A stretch of 29,648 bases of DNA, taken from assembly GCA_051117555.1 (NCBI GenBank), contig JBNPEG010000169.1, forward strand, positions 1-29,648. The letters run 5' to 3'. Both the position numbers and the translations under genes were made by a program. Position 1 is the first letter of the stretch, and every line of letters begins with the position of its first letter. Under the pieces are notes generated by a model, which ran no database searches, was not told where the DNA came from, and was given only the letters and a program-made list of their open reading frames with translations. Positions 28,160-29,648 of the stretch are shown here, piece by piece. Source of the DNA: Elainellaceae cyanobacterium. GTDB taxonomy: Bacteria > Cyanobacteriota > Cyanobacteriia > CAZCXK01.

Positions 28160-29523
28160 TTATTTACAAGCGAGCCCCTCGCCTGAAATTTCAGCGATCG
28201 CATCCACAGCGCGGGCAAATACATAGTGGTTTTTCCCAAATTCTTTGGCAGAATACATGGCTTTGTCGGCGTTAGCAATCAAGTCTTCGACACTCGTGCC
28301 ACTATCTGGATACATGCTGATTCCAATACTCGTTGTCATAGCAATGGTTTTTCCTTCGATTGCAAAGCTTTGAGACAGCGTATTGAGGATTTTTTGGGCA
28401 ACTCGGTCAATGTGCTGAACGCTGGGAATAGCAGGCAAGATTACGACAAATTCGTCTCCGCCCAGTCGAGCCACTGTATCGCTGCTTCTGAGACAACCGG
28501 TCAGGCGTTGAGCGACCGCTTTGAGTAACAAGTCGCCCATTAAGTGCCCTTCTGTATCATTGATCAGCTTAAAGCCGTCTAAATCAAGGAACAGAATAGC
28601 GATTAGCTGTTGAGTCTGAGCTGCCCATTCGATAGCCTGTGCTAGGCGTTCGTGAAGTAGCTTTCGATTCGGTAATCCCGTCAGGGGATCATGATATGCA
28701 ATGCGTCGCAGTTGGTTTTCCGTTTCTTTCAACTCCGCATTAGAGCGCACTAGCTCCGCCGCTGTCCGTCTGAGTTCTTCTTCGATCTGCTTTCGTCGAG
28801 TGATATCTCTGATTATTCCAACTAGAAATAAATTGCCAGCCGCGTCTTGATGAAGCGATCGCTTCGTTGCAATTGAATAGACTGTGCCATTGATGTCGGT
28901 AAATGTTTCTTCAACTTCATGCTCAGTGGCAGATTTGAACATTAAGTCATCCTGCTCACGCAAGACATCTGCTTGCTGTTTGGGCAAAAAATCCCGTTCT
29001 GAGCGCTCGAGCAAGTCGTCTAGAGAGCACCCAATCAGGCGGCAATATGCCTCGTTGAGAACAATCCAGTGATGCTGCTTATCTTTGACATACACTGGGT
29101 CAGGAATGGTATTGATGACCGAGTGCAGAAATTCCTTAGATTTTTTGAATTCTTCTTCAAGATGGGCAATATAGCCCGTAATGACAACTCCCGATCCCAC
29201 GATGCTGAGCAAGGGAGGAACCATGGGAATCCACCAGTTTATAAGGAGCATCGTGTAACAGATGCCTGTCAGGCTGCCTCCTAGAGCAAGGACTCCGAGT
29301 GCTGACCATGCAGGCGAGCGAATCTTCCAGCACAGCCCAGCTGCTGCCAACGCCCAACCGAAAATCCACCCCCATTCCAATGGTTCTGGAAAAACTTTGA
29401 TCAATCCCCGTCCTGATGTGGCTGCCGTTAAGATTTGGCTGACAAAATGAGCGTGAAGCTCTATGCCCGCTATTGGGCGTGCATCTCGTGTCAGCCCGCC
29501 ACTATGTGAGGTGTAAAAAAAAT
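28160..29523 (-). pseudogene. 3' part of a CHASE2-TM-PAS-GGDEF diguanylate cyclase, interrupted at about 29523
   Basis: The frame continues upstream of 29404 as FFYTSHSGGLTRDARPIAGIELHAHFVSQILTAA (end of CHASE2), then turns unrelated and hits TGA at 29570-29572. Downstream are TM helices, PAS (IPDPVYVKD...RDIT), a coiled coil, HDPLTGLPNR and RSSD-x5-GGDEF. Confidence 0.8.
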
Positions 29524-29648
29524 GGCTCTTCCGGAATTGGCGTGGTCGACCGCTACCCCTAGTGCATCCTCAGTGAAATGCCGTTTATGGGATGATTGAG
29601 ATGCCGACTGTCTAGGAGGCTGACCATGGACAACACGATTCGCATCCC
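29524..29648 (+). mobile_element. Left end of a probable ISL3-family insertion sequence (runs off the window)
   Basis: Begins GGCTCTTCCG, a typical ISL3 terminus, right after the AT-rich target AAAAAAAT and exactly where CHASE2 similarity ends. AGGAGG at 29614-29619 precedes ATG 29626. Confidence 0.7.
29626..29648 (+). CDS. N-terminus (MDNTIRIP...) of the putative ISL3 transposase, truncated by the window end
   Basis: Strong SD plus ATG about 100 bp inside the IS end; only 7-8 codons are visible. Confidence 0.55.

Larger units (their letters stand above)
642..28862. repeat. HIP1 octamer GCGATCGC dispersed throughout
   Basis: More than 30 copies seen by eye (e.g. near 642, 9021, 20866, 28855) versus fewer than 1 expected by chance in 30 kb. 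Confidence 0.9.

Noticed and set aside
922..29450. The many 60-150 aa ORFs antisense or out of frame within identified genes (e.g. 9054-9494, 12458-12808, 18372-18722, 28226-28528)
   Set aside because: Shadow ORFs of well-supported conserved genes, with no motifs or independent translation signals.
29524..29648. Group II intron end, or native promoter of the cyclase
   Set aside because: No GUGCG 5' end or domain V/VI pattern. The break falls mid-CHASE2 and the terminus plus SD-ATG fit an IS better.

Overview
This is a cyanobacterial chromosomal segment: the HIP1 octamer GCGATCGC occurs more than 30 times by eye and the gene order is typically cyanobacterial. It is mostly housekeeping. In order it carries the 3' end of an unidentified CDS, DUF924, an ABC-2 exporter pair, ctaB/ctaA divergent from the aa3-type cytochrome c oxidase genes coxBAC, trpC, lpdA, a TrmH methylase, tRNA-Leu(CAG), murA, clpC, rimI, lysA-cdaA-uppS, DUF3143, a J-domain protein, a YaaW-like protein, a FAD oxidoreductase, a small basic protein and a CHASE2-PAS-GGDEF diguanylate cyclase. 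The most notable non-routine features are: (1) a ~460-bp nested palindromic element (118-578) whose centre is 16+ tandem 21-bp copies built around one arm of its own inner palindrome; (2) two copies of a ~90-bp terminal-inverted-repeat element with a covarying internal hairpin (20433-20521, 27449-27540); (3) a probable ISL3-family IS inserted in the CHASE2 domain of the diguanylate cyclase at 29524; (4) murA apparently starting at a non-canonical ATT codon; (5) a perfect 4x15-bp in-frame repeat in rimI. No CRISPR, prophage or defence system was seen. All family assignments are by recognition of motifs; no database searches were run.
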